From an uncultured Gammaproteobacteria bacterium (GTDB lineage: Bacteria > Patescibacteriota > Patescibacteriia > VMEV01 > CAYQCH01): a stretch of 48,332 nucleotides of DNA. The stretch is taken from contig CAYQCH010000003.1 in NCBI GenBank assembly GCA_964415935.1, forward strand, positions 1-48,332, written 5' to 3'. The position numbers were made by a program, and so were the translations under genes. Of the stretch, positions 18,599-27,677 are shown one piece after another (the stretch's first letter is position 1; each line of letters opens with the position of its first letter). The notes under the pieces were generated by a model. The model worked only from the letters and a program-made list of their open reading frames with translations. It made no database searches and had not been told where the DNA came from.

Positions 18599-18661
18599 AA
18601 ACAGAAAGATTCGGATGCGCGTGCCTGGAGACGAAACCTCTCCACACATGCGCATCCGAAT
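18599..18661 (-). terminator. long hairpin plus U-rich tract 25 nt after rpsO (probable rpsO terminator / processing hairpin)
   Basis: Perfect 12-nt arms ATTCGGATGCGC (18609..18620) / GCGCATCCGAAT (18650..18661), with an inner GGAGA/TCTCC stem. The minus-strand RNA continues CUUUCUGUUU. A second hairpin (18579..18613) competes for the GATTCG segment. Confidence 0.5.
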
Positions 18662-18685
18662 CCCTTCCTATTGGATCTGCCCGGT

Positions 18686-19015
18686 TTAGGCGGCGGCCGC
18701 CTCTTCGGCTTCCTGCTGTTCGGCGGAGGCGTCCAGCACCTTTGGCGCCGTATACTTGAGTTTCAGCTTCTTGCTGAGGTCGACGTAGTTGTCGTATTCG
18801 GTCTGGCGCATGTAGTTCAGCAACTTGCGGCGCTCATTGACCTTTTTAATCAGACCGCGGCGGGAGGAAAAATCTTTCTTATGCTCCTTCAAATGCTCGG
18901 TGAGCAACTTGATTTCCTCGGTGAGGATGGCGATCTGGATCTGGGAAGAACCCGTATCCTTTTCATGGGTACGGAACTTCTTGATGATCTTTTGCTTCAG
19001 CTTCGGATCTAACAT
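18686..19015 (-). CDS. rpsO: 30S ribosomal protein S15
   Basis: GSSQIQIAILTEEIKLLTEHLKEHKKDFSSRRGLIKKVNERRKLLNYM matches the S15 signature. It has an extra acidic/Ala-rich C-terminal tail. Confidence 0.9.
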   Translation of the reverse strand: MLDPKLKQKIIKKFRTHEKDTGSSQIQIAILTEEIKLLTEHLKEHKKDFSSRRGLIKKVNERRKLLNYMRQTEYDNYVDLSKKLKLKYTAPKVLDASAEQQEAEEAAAA

Positions 19016-19109
19016 AGTCCATAAACCGCAGCGCGCGTCCGGTATTCTATGCGTTTGGCCCGACGCGAGCCGCAGAAGAGGTTAATTTATTAACGAACGG
19101 ATAATACCA

Positions 19110-20576
<1,467 letters not shown>

Positions 20577-20741
20577 ACTGGTACGAACAAAGACGCGCTG
20601 TAGCGCGTCTCGGTGTTAAAAGAGTATGCAACATTTTTTGATCGTCGTCAATGTGATTGGCCCACCATATGTCTTTGCTCATGAAAAAATGACAGCCATG
20701 TCAATGTGTCGTAAAATGTAAGGGTATCCAGACGAACCCCT

Positions 20742-21731
20742 ATGTCCCCTTCCGACAAAACACAAAACAAATCGGCTTCCGTCCTCGACCGCGCGGTCAC
20801 GGACTTTCTTGAATACCTGGAACTGGAAAAGCAGCGCAGTCCGCAGACCATCCAGAACTACGACTTTTACCTCCGGCGCTTCATCAATTTCGCGCAAGAA
20901 AACGGCAGCAAGCATCCCAAAGACATCAGCCAGGATCTGGTGCGCAAGTACCGACTGTGGCTGAACCGCCAGACCAATCGCCAGGGCGAGTCACTTAAAG
21001 CGAATACCACCAATTACCATCTTGTCGCGCTGCGCAGCTGGCTGAAGTATCTGGCCAAGCGCGACGTCCCCACCCTGGCTCCGGAAAAAATCGAGCTGGG
21101 CCGCGCGCCGCAGCGGCAGGTGGATTTTCTCGACGGACAAAACCTGGTGGAATTCCTGGACGCGCCGCTCAAATCCAAACAAGGAAAAATTTTACAAATC
21201 CGCGATAAGGCGCTGATAGAAACGCTGTTCAGCGCGGGGCTGCGCGTCTCCGAACTGGTCGGCCTGAAGCGCGACAACATCAATTTGAAAAAAGATGAAT
21301 TCACCGTGCGCGGCAAAGGACAAAAGCTGCGCGTCTGCTTCCTTTCCCATGCCGCCAAGCACTGGCTGGGCCTCTACTTTGGCATGCGCAAGGACACCAG
21401 CCCCTACTTGTTTGTACGCCACGATCGCGCCGCCAAGCGCAGCGCGGCCGAACCGCTCCCCCTCACGCCGCGCAGCGTGCAGCGCCTGGTGGAAAAGTAT
21501 GCGCGGCAGGCAGGCATCACCAAACGCATCACGCCGCATACCCTGCGCCACTCCTTTGCCACGGACTTGCTCATGAACGGCGCGGACTTGCGCTCAGTGC
21601 AAAGCATGCTCGGCCATTCCAGCATCACCACCACGCAGATTTACACGCACATCACCAACCAGCAGCTGCGCGACGTGCACAAGGCGTTTCACGACCGCAC
21701 CCGCAAAAAAAGCGCTAGGAGTTCAACTTAA
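20742..21731 (+). CDS. tyrosine site-specific recombinase (XerC/XerD family or integrase)
   Basis: SAM-like N-domain. C-terminal catalytic motifs GLRVSEL, HTLRHSFATDLL and LGHSSITTTQIYTHI. Confidence 0.85.
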   Translation: MSPSDKTQNKSASVLDRAVTDFLEYLELEKQRSPQTIQNYDFYLRRFINFAQENGSKHPKDISQDLVRKYRLWLNRQTNRQGESLKANTTNYHLVALRSWLKYLAKRDVPTLAPEKIELGRAPQRQVDFLDGQNLVEFLDAPLKSKQGKILQIRDKALIETLFSAGLRVSELVGLKRDNINLKKDEFTVRGKGQKLRVCFLSHAAKHWLGLYFGMRKDTSPYLFVRHDRAAKRSAAEPLPLTPRSVQRLVEKYARQAGITKRITPHTLRHSFATDLLMNGADLRSVQSMLGHSSITTTQIYTHITNQQLRDVHKAFHDRTRKKSARSST

Positions 21732-22260
21732 ACGAATCGACAACCGCCTCATGGTATTCCCACGGCTGGCCTGACGGCAGACTGAAAATGTATGTTCGCC
21801 CGCCCGCGGACAAAAAGTAATACGGCACTTCTTCGTTGCGCGACTCCAGCAATGCCGTCACTTTTGTACCGGAATACCCGCCGCGCGTAACAGGCTCGCG
21901 GCGCAACACCGTTACGCCGTCCACGGTGGCCAGCAAGTCAGCAGCCACGGCGACAGAATTTGCCGTCGACTCGATAAACAAGTATTTCACCTGCTCATTA
22001 CCTTCAACATTGATAACGGAAAAAAGCTTGGCGTCGCCCTCATCGAGATCTTTTGTCAGCGTCAGGCCGTCGGGCAAGCGCAAGGAAAAATCCGCCGTCG
22101 GCTCGGTCACATATCGGCTGTTTGATTCATCCAGGGATTTCTGCGCGACCTGTCCCGAAGAGTCGCTTGGCTTCACGTCAATATTGATATCTGATCGGCG
22201 GGAAATGCAGCCGGTCAATGTTACAGCAACAAAGAGGACGATGGTGATGAAACGGATCAT
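21715..22260 (-). CDS. hypothetical lipoprotein
   Basis: Trimmed to ATG 22260: MIRFITIVLFVAVTLTGC with a canonical lipobox (LTGC). It overlaps the recombinase 3' end convergently by 17 nt. Confidence 0.55.
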   Translation of the reverse strand: MIRFITIVLFVAVTLTGCISRRSDINIDVKPSDSSGQVAQKSLDESNSRYVTEPTADFSLRLPDGLTLTKDLDEGDAKLFSVINVEGNEQVKYLFIESTANSVAVAADLLATVDGVTVLRREPVTRGGYSGTKVTALLESRNEEVPYYFLSAGGRTYIFSLPSGQPWEYHEAVVDSFKLNS

Positions 22261-22446
22261 AGTGGTAGAACGTATATAAAGGTATTCGCAGTTTAAGGCA
22301 CCCGGCGCCAGGGAGCAAGAAGGCCGCAAAGCCTTTACGAAACCCCCATTTTATGTTATCATTCGCAAACTGTACGGGCCCGTAAGCAACGCTTGCGTGC
22401 CCGGCGTTCAGGCATCACGAAAGCAAGCTTTCGCAGTGCCTCACTT

Positions 22447-22523
22447 GGGCCCGTAGCTCATCTGGCTAGAGCGCCGCATTTGCACTGCGGAGGCAGCAGG
22501 TTCAAATCCTGTCGGGTCCACCA
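22447..22523 (+). tRNA. tRNA-Ala (anticodon UGC), CCA encoded
   Basis: Cloverleaf folded by hand. Anticodon stem CCGCA/TGCGG, loop TTTGCAC. The G3:U70 pair diagnostic of tRNA-Ala is present, and the T-loop is GGTTCAAATCC. Confidence 0.9.
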
Positions 22524-22529
22524 GATTTT

Positions 22530-23132
22530 ATGCCAAATCAGTTGAAAGTCATTGCCAGCATGATCATCATTGTTGCCGTTACCGCCGGTGTCAGTATTGG
22601 CATTGCCGCATTGCTTCCCGACACGCAAACATTGACGCCCGCCGAACAGGTGGAGGCGTTTACCGATCTGGCTTTTTCAGACACGACGGCATTTTCTTCC
22701 AAACCGTTCGCGCTGGAGGAAGGCTATACCATCCAGCTGGTGGATGGCTGGGAACTGGTCAGCCATACCCCCACCCGCCACGTTGATCGCTACCGCTTTG
22801 AGCGCACGGACAACCGCGAACACATTTTTACCATCAGCGTGTATAACCGCGAGCAGACCCCTCAATTCGCGGACTTAATTACCGCCCGCTACGGCGCGGC
22901 CTATTTGCGCGAACAGGCGGACGTCCAGGTTTCTGGCCTGGCCGCCAAACGCATTACCGCCGACTTTCTGGACATGGGTTCTACGGCAGACGTATTGGTT
23001 GAAGTTAACGACCAGACGTTTATTTCCCTGTACGGCGTGCGCCAGCCCTCCAGCGACAACACCCTGCGCGTGGCCAAGGAAATCAACTACATGCAGAAAT
23101 CCTTCCAGACCGGACAGACGGCTGCGCTCTAA
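22530..23132 (+). CDS. hypothetical membrane-anchored protein
   Basis: 200-aa ORF with an N-terminal TM (VIASMIIIVAVTAGVSIGIAALL). It is followed by a terminator. No family recognised. Confidence 0.55.
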   Translation: MPNQLKVIASMIIIVAVTAGVSIGIAALLPDTQTLTPAEQVEAFTDLAFSDTTAFSSKPFALEEGYTIQLVDGWELVSHTPTRHVDRYRFERTDNREHIFTISVYNREQTPQFADLITARYGAAYLREQADVQVSGLAAKRITADFLDMGSTADVLVEVNDQTFISLYGVRQPSSDNTLRVAKEINYMQKSFQTGQTAAL

Positions 23133-23151
23133 CTGCCCAAGTATGACAAAA

Positions 23152-23172
23152 CCTCCCACCGGGAGGTTTTTT
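23152..23172 (+). terminator. intrinsic terminator after 22530..23132
   Basis: CCTCCC-ACC-GGGAGG stem-loop followed by TTTTTT. Confidence 0.6.
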
Positions 23173-23190
23173 GATTGAAAAAAATCCGCC

Positions 23191-23240
23191 TAAAAAGTGA
23201 ACACCCCCGACAGAACCGTGAAAGTTCCGTCGGGGGTGTT
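23191..23240 (-). terminator. intrinsic terminator downstream of the 407-aa high-GC3 gene
   Basis: 12-nt perfect arms AACACCCCCGAC (23200..23211) / GTCGGGGGTGTT (23229..23240), extended by GAAC/GTTC. The minus strand continues CACUUUUUA. Confidence 0.65.
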
Positions 23241-23352
23241 GTGTGGAGCACCATGCCGGCAGCGTGGCCGCAGGCATGTTTACTGTTGGTCAGTCAGGCC
23301 ATACTCCATGGCCTGGCGGCTTGCCGTGTGGCGTTGCCGCGAGCGACGCGCG

Positions 23353-24576
23353 CTAGTGCGCGTTGTTGCCGCCCTCGAACGAGCTGGCCGGCGTGCCGAA
23401 GGCCGCGCCGTAGCTCGGGACGCCCGCGCCCACGAGCTGCTCGCTCTGGGGCGCGAACGGGGTCGAGCGGTTCGGCGTGGTGCTGAACGCGCGCTCGAAG
23501 CCCGAGGCCGCCGGCGCCGTCGAGTAGTCGCGGGCCAGGACCTCCTGCAGGTCCGAGGTCGCCGAGGCCAGGGCCGCGCGCTTGGTGCGCAGGTCCTTGA
23601 CCACGTTCTTGTGCCCGTTGGTGTGGGCCACCGCGATGCCGACCGTCGACATGAAGCCGGTCGGGTTGCGACGGCTCATGGCCAGCAGCTCCTCGGTGAA
23701 GGTGAAGCTGCCCGCGCCGTCCGGGTTCTGGAAGAGCTCGTCGGCCTTGCCCCAGCCCGTGCTGATCACGTCGATCAGCTTGCGGGTGGCGATGGCGCCC
23801 GCGTCGTGGCGGATGAACATCGGCGCCGCCGTCGACTGGTCGGAGACCATCGGGCGGGTGGGCATGGTGCCCACGTAGCGGACGTCGTACCCGCCCTGCG
23901 CGTTCGGGTAGAACCCGAGCACGCAGATCGAGGTGGGCGTGGCCATCGGGATGGCCGCCGAGGCGCGCTCCGTCTGGGCCAGCTGGGTCACGTCGTAGCC
24001 GTAGATGGCCACGGCGTACTTGGGCCTCTCGACCTGGGTCTTGGCGAACGCGCAGTTCGCCTTGACCCAGTCACCGCCGTAGATCCAGCCCAGCACCGCG
24101 GTGATGAACCGGGTGTTGGTGGTGCGGCCCTGGTCGTTCCAGGCGCCGTACTTGGTGAACGAGCGCCCGATCTTCACGTTGCGGATGTGCTGCTCGAGGG
24201 CCTTGAGCGTGATCACGCTCTTGCCCGCGAACAGCTCCTCGATCTTGTTCTGGAGCTGGGTCCGGACCTCGTTGATGTTGATCGGCAGGGTGATGCCGAT
24301 CGTGCTCAGGCCCTGGACCAGCATGCCGCTGATCAGGTTCAGCGCCTGCTCGGCGCTGAGGGTCTGGTCGAGGCCGCCCTCGATGCGGTTGAAGTCGACG
24401 ACGACGACGTTCACGTCCTTGCCCGTGTTGGTGGGCATGGGCGCGATGTCGTACTCGACGACGTCGTCGAGCTGGCGCTTGCTCACCGGCAGCATGACCA
24501 CGGTCATGTTGGGCGCGCCCAGCGACGCGGCGATGAGGCTGCGGATCGACGAACGACGGTTGCTCTGGAGACGCAT
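23353..24576 (-). CDS. orphan 407-aa protein with extreme GC3 codon usage; possible twin-arginine-like N-terminus
   Basis: Trimmed from ORF 23353..24882 to ATG 24576, preceded by GAAGGG at 6 nt. The G/C-ending codon bias begins exactly there. The N-terminus MRLQSNRRSSIRSLIAASLGAP resembles a Tat-type signal. No family recognised. Confidence 0.6.
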   Translation of the reverse strand: MRLQSNRRSSIRSLIAASLGAPNMTVVMLPVSKRQLDDVVEYDIAPMPTNTGKDVNVVVVDFNRIEGGLDQTLSAEQALNLISGMLVQGLSTIGITLPININEVRTQLQNKIEELFAGKSVITLKALEQHIRNVKIGRSFTKYGAWNDQGRTTNTRFITAVLGWIYGGDWVKANCAFAKTQVERPKYAVAIYGYDVTQLAQTERASAAIPMATPTSICVLGFYPNAQGGYDVRYVGTMPTRPMVSDQSTAAPMFIRHDAGAIATRKLIDVISTGWGKADELFQNPDGAGSFTFTEELLAMSRRNPTGFMSTVGIAVAHTNGHKNVVKDLRTKRAALASATSDLQEVLARDYSTAPAASGFERAFSTTPNRSTPFAPQSEQLVGAGVPSYGAAFGTPASSFEGGNNAH

Positions 24577-24777
24577 GCGAAACCCTTCTACCCAGGTTCT
24601 CTGTCCACCCCCGCCGAAATGACGGGGTATTGGAACAACCTGGATACTGGCCAGAGTCGGAGTCGAGTGAATGGCCACGATGCCATCCAATTCCCTACCC
24701 CTTCCCCAGTCAATCGACGAGTATAACTGACTGGGTAAGAGGTAGCTGTTTGTAAAGAACTGCCCCCGACTAGTTTC

Positions 24778-24798
24778 TGTCGTCATAATTTGACGACA
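24778..24798. promoter_or_regulatory. operator-like inverted repeat TGTCGTCA-N5-TGACGACA
   Basis: Perfect 8-nt arms with a 5-nt spacer, inside the ~600-nt non-coding region upstream of 23353..24576. It is related to the repeat at 24992..25010. Confidence 0.4.
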
Positions 24799-24970
24799 AT
24801 TTTTTCGAAAATGAAACGAAAAAAAAGAACCGCGAAATGCGATCCAGGAAAAACCATTCGGGACTGACAAGCGAAACCACAACCATTAAAGACAGTCGAC
24901 GTCCTTCAAGTGTTGCTGCTTCGCTTATCAGTACAAAATGGAAAGGGCTATCTGGTAACCGACAAAAGGC

Positions 24971-25010
24971 ATCCTACCAACGTCAAAAAAAGTTGTCAAT
25001 AACTGACAAC
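24971..25010 (-). promoter_or_regulatory. candidate sigma70-type promoter (TTGACA-17-TAGGAT) overlapped by inverted repeat GTTGTCA-N5-TGACAAC
   Basis: On the minus strand the -35 TTGACA is at 24999..24994 and the -10 TAGGAT at 24976..24971. The inverted repeat arms are at 24992..24998 and 25004..25010. Would imply a ~390-nt 5' leader. Confidence 0.35.
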
Positions 25011-25126
25011 AATATTTTCGTATCACTAAGGTTAGCCACATTTTTTGTCATGAAGAAAAAACACCCTGATTTATCAACAGTATCTGTGGATAAATTTTGA
25101 AATTTTTTCGATTATCGTTGTACTAG

Positions 25127-25155
25127 TTGATTATTCGCATGATGGTTGTTATAGT
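25127..25155 (+). promoter_or_regulatory. candidate promoter of tRNA-Cys (TTGATT-17-TATAGT)
   Basis: -35 at 25127..25132 and -10 at 25150..25155, about 40 nt upstream of the tRNA. Confidence 0.45.
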
Positions 25156-25193
25156 TTCTTTACAAAATGCCCTCTTTTGGGGCTATTTTTGAT

Positions 25194-25268
<75 letters not shown>

Positions 25269-25276
25269 TTTGCATA

Positions 25277-25305
25277 CAAAAAATCCCGCGCGAAGCGGGA
25301 TTTTT
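25277..25305. terminator. bidirectional terminator between tRNA-Cys and the 3D-domain gene
   Basis: AAAAAA-TCCCGC-GCGAA-GCGGGA-TTTTT: a symmetric A-run/T-run hairpin. Confidence 0.7.
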
Positions 25306-25316
25306 CGTTAGGGTGT

Positions 25317-25880
25317 TTATTCAACACCGCGGCCCTTGCCCCATTCAACGATTTCGATTTTGGCGTAGCGACGGCCGAATTTGACGGCTTCCTTATAGTC
25401 TTCCATCCAAATATCGATGTTGTTCTGGTAGCGGGTGTTCATGCGGTCTTCCACGCGGAACACCTTGGCGCCGAAATGGTCGGGAAAACGGACGCGGGTA
25501 CCGATAGGCAGGTTATTGGACGCGACCACGCCATCGCGGGTCAAGGAACCAATAGCCGTGGCATACGGTGAACCGTCAGTCTGGTTCTCCAAAGAGTTAT
25601 AGGCGGAAAGGGTCATGTAGCGGACAGCCACAGCTTCCTTGGGCGCATACAACTTGGCCTTCCAGTCCTCCTGGGCCTTGGCCAGGGATTCGCCGGTCAG
25701 CATGACCACCGAAGGGTCAGCCTGGCGAATGGACATCTGCGTGACGCCTACCCGAGCTGGCTTGGCATCAGAGGCGATAGCCGACGTCTGGGGGATCAGG
25801 ATGTTGGCGGCAAAAACCATGACCGCGACAGCCTGGCGCACCGGTGTGTTTTTGTTTTGCAAGGTGGTGTTGCTAGACAT
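25317..25880 (-). CDS. 3D-domain (MltA/RlpA-like double-psi beta-barrel) cell-wall protein
   Basis: Signal/TM, then YMTLSAYNSLENQTDGSPYATAIGSLTRDGVVASNNLPIGTRVRF...VEDRMNTRYQNNIDIWMED, typical of 3D-domain proteins. Confidence 0.75.
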   Translation of the reverse strand: MSSNTTLQNKNTPVRQAVAVMVFAANILIPQTSAIASDAKPARVGVTQMSIRQADPSVVMLTGESLAKAQEDWKAKLYAPKEAVAVRYMTLSAYNSLENQTDGSPYATAIGSLTRDGVVASNNLPIGTRVRFPDHFGAKVFRVEDRMNTRYQNNIDIWMEDYKEAVKFGRRYAKIEIVEWGKGRGVE

Positions 25881-25927
25881 AGTTTTTGCTTAAAAATGAA
25901 AAACCGTCATAACGACGGCGACCAAGT

Positions 25928-25956
25928 AATATATCACAAATATACTACTTTGTCAA
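25928..25956 (-). promoter_or_regulatory. near-consensus promoter of the 3D-domain gene (TTGACA-17-TATATT)
   Basis: On the minus strand the -35 is at 25956..25951 and the -10 at 25933..25928. Confidence 0.5.
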
Positions 25957-25990
25957 GAGTATCCGTGAAGATTGTGCTAATATTAGGTAA

Positions 25991-26018
25991 ATAAAAAGCA
26001 CCCCGTCAAGCGGGGTGC
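25991..26018 (-). terminator. intrinsic terminator after the 26035..26811 gene
   Basis: GCACCCCG (25998..26005) / CGGGGTGC (26011..26018). The minus strand continues UUUUUAUUU. Confidence 0.65.
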
Positions 26019-26034
26019 TTAGGTTAGCCTAAAT

Positions 26035-26811
26035 CTAGGCCTGGGACATCGGCTGCGGCGCAGCCATCTGCGAACCCTTCAAATTCTTGTAGAACAGGTA
26101 GACGAAAATGCTAGAAACCGGGCCAACAACAAAGGAAGCGACAATGTTGTAAATCACAGCCAGCGCATCCAGTTTTAAAGCGCCAAAAATGCCCTGAGGC
26201 AAAATCATGACCAGCCAAATGATGATGCCAAACAGGACAAAGCGGCCAAATACGGCCCACCAGCGGCCAGACACCAGAGACTTGCTTTCACGCAATGCGT
26301 CCATCCCCTTCTTGCCCTCCAGGATATACACCCAGGCGGCAAAGGCATAGCATATGGCCAGGTAGATGCCGGGTAAAATCAGGAGCACTGTTCCCGCCAG
26401 GACAATAAGACCTACGATCAGGCTGATAAAGAAGTAATCGAACGCTTTGGGCTTGGCAGCCATGACAGCGGCCTTGATGCTGTTCAGATTCTCATCCACA
26501 ACCGCCAGCATCAAACCGACGGCAAACAAAATCGACACGTAGATAGCCGCAAGAACCGCAACAGACAGCAGAACGATGGCCACGATTCCGGCGCCGCCCA
26601 ACGCCATCTCACCGCCAAAAAAGAGTCCGCCGGCGCCAAGCAAGGCGGCCAGCAGCCCTCCGACAAGAAACATTGCGCCAGGAACGAGCGTAGAAACCAG
26701 TACGTACAAAACAAAAAACTTCCAGCGTCTGGTGAAGCGGTTCCAGGATTCTTTCAGCAAGTCTATGGTCGAGCGGAGCGCGGGCATGGATGCGGGCATG
26801 TTGTTCATCAT
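26035..26811 (-). CDS. hypothetical multi-pass membrane protein
   Basis: Trimmed to ATG 26811 (MMNNMPASMP), 5 nt after the upstream stop. About 6 hydrophobic helices. No family assigned with confidence. Confidence 0.6.
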   Translation of the reverse strand: MMNNMPASMPALRSTIDLLKESWNRFTRRWKFFVLYVLVSTLVPGAMFLVGGLLAALLGAGGLFFGGEMALGGAGIVAIVLLSVAVLAAIYVSILFAVGLMLAVVDENLNSIKAAVMAAKPKAFDYFFISLIVGLIVLAGTVLLILPGIYLAICYAFAAWVYILEGKKGMDALRESKSLVSGRWWAVFGRFVLFGIIIWLVMILPQGIFGALKLDALAVIYNIVASFVVGPVSSIFVYLFYKNLKGSQMAAPQPMSQA

Positions 26812-26815
26812 ATGA

Positions 26816-27616
26816 TTAATTGTCTTTCCCCTGCTCCCAGAGCAAGGCAAAAGACTGTAAATAGGCTTCAGCAATAGTTTTGTTCCGGATCTGGATGATC
26901 ACCGGTTCCTGGCCGTACACCTCGATGGCAACCATTTCCTGCGTGATGCGCGTAAAGGTGGGATTGGAAAGTCCGACGGACAAGAATCGATATTCATTGC
27001 CCGGCTCGGAGGCAAAGTACTTTTTAAAATACTCATTGTTGTTGGTGGGCGCGATGAGGCGCTTAGTCACGCCATGCTGAATCTGTAGTGCGGTATACGT
27101 TTTATACCAGTCGCCCAGCAAGGAATAAAAAACTTTGTCGCTGGCGCCGCCGATGATGCGGATGATTTTGTCGGTGCGTCCTGCGGATTCGATCATGACT
27201 TTGAGGCTTTCGCGCAAACCCTGGCTGCCGGAGAGGATTTGGACATGCACGTCGTCCTGGGACTTCTGGCGCAAACGTTCCAGTTCCGCGATGGCCGTCT
27301 TGGCGATTTCTTCCTGCTGCTTGATCCGGTCCAAAATGACGGACGGGTTGGTGGCCAGCCAGTGCTGGCGGTTGTTCTTCATGATCATGCTGGCCATACT
27401 CATGTCCTTGAGTTTTTCCAGGGACTGGTAGACCAGCATGCGATGCAATTTTGTCTTGGTGACGATGGGGCCGACGCCGGTTAATCCGAGCTGTAAAAGC
27501 GCGATATACACTTGTGCTTCGCGTTCCGGAATGTTGAGCTGTTCCAGCAGTTTCTGCAGCGGCATAGGCGGGATGTCGTCAAAAATGGGCGACACTACTT
27601 TATACGACTTTATCAC
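26816..27616 (-). CDS. TrmB-family transcriptional regulator
   Basis: N-terminal winged-helix LEQLNIPEREAQVYIALLQLGLTGVGPIVTKTKLHRMLVYQSLEKL, characteristic of TrmB. The true start may be the internal ATG at 27565. Confidence 0.65.
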   Translation of the reverse strand: MIKSYKVVSPIFDDIPPMPLQKLLEQLNIPEREAQVYIALLQLGLTGVGPIVTKTKLHRMLVYQSLEKLKDMSMASMIMKNNRQHWLATNPSVILDRIKQQEEIAKTAIAELERLRQKSQDDVHVQILSGSQGLRESLKVMIESAGRTDKIIRIIGGASDKVFYSLLGDWYKTYTALQIQHGVTKRLIAPTNNNEYFKKYFASEPGNEYRFLSVGLSNPTFTRITQEMVAIEVYGQEPVIIQIRNKTIAEAYLQSFALLWEQGKDN

Positions 27617-27638
27617 GGCCTATATTGCCTGGCAAACG

Positions 27639-27666
27639 TGACAAGACGATGATTTTTTGCTATGGT
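27639..27666 (+). promoter_or_regulatory. candidate promoter (TGACAA-16-TATGGT) upstream of the orphaned tRNA-Gly 5' half
   Basis: -35 at 27639..27644 and -10 at 27661..27666, with the -10 ending 11 nt before the tRNA-like sequence starts. No comparable promoter precedes the intact tRNA copy. Confidence 0.4.
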
Positions 27667-27677
27667 GCGATGTGCTT

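Noticed and set aside
24577-24882. N-terminal extension (102 aa) of the track ORF 23353..24882.
   Set aside because: The extreme G/C-ending codon bias starts only at ATG 24576, which also has a GAAGG-type SD. The extension lies in compositionally different AT-rich DNA and reads as low-quality sequence.
25032-25093. The DnaA-box cluster considered as the chromosomal replication origin.
   Set aside because: There are only three boxes, no dnaA or dnaN, and no evidence about GC skew from a single window. It is kept only as a low-interest observation.
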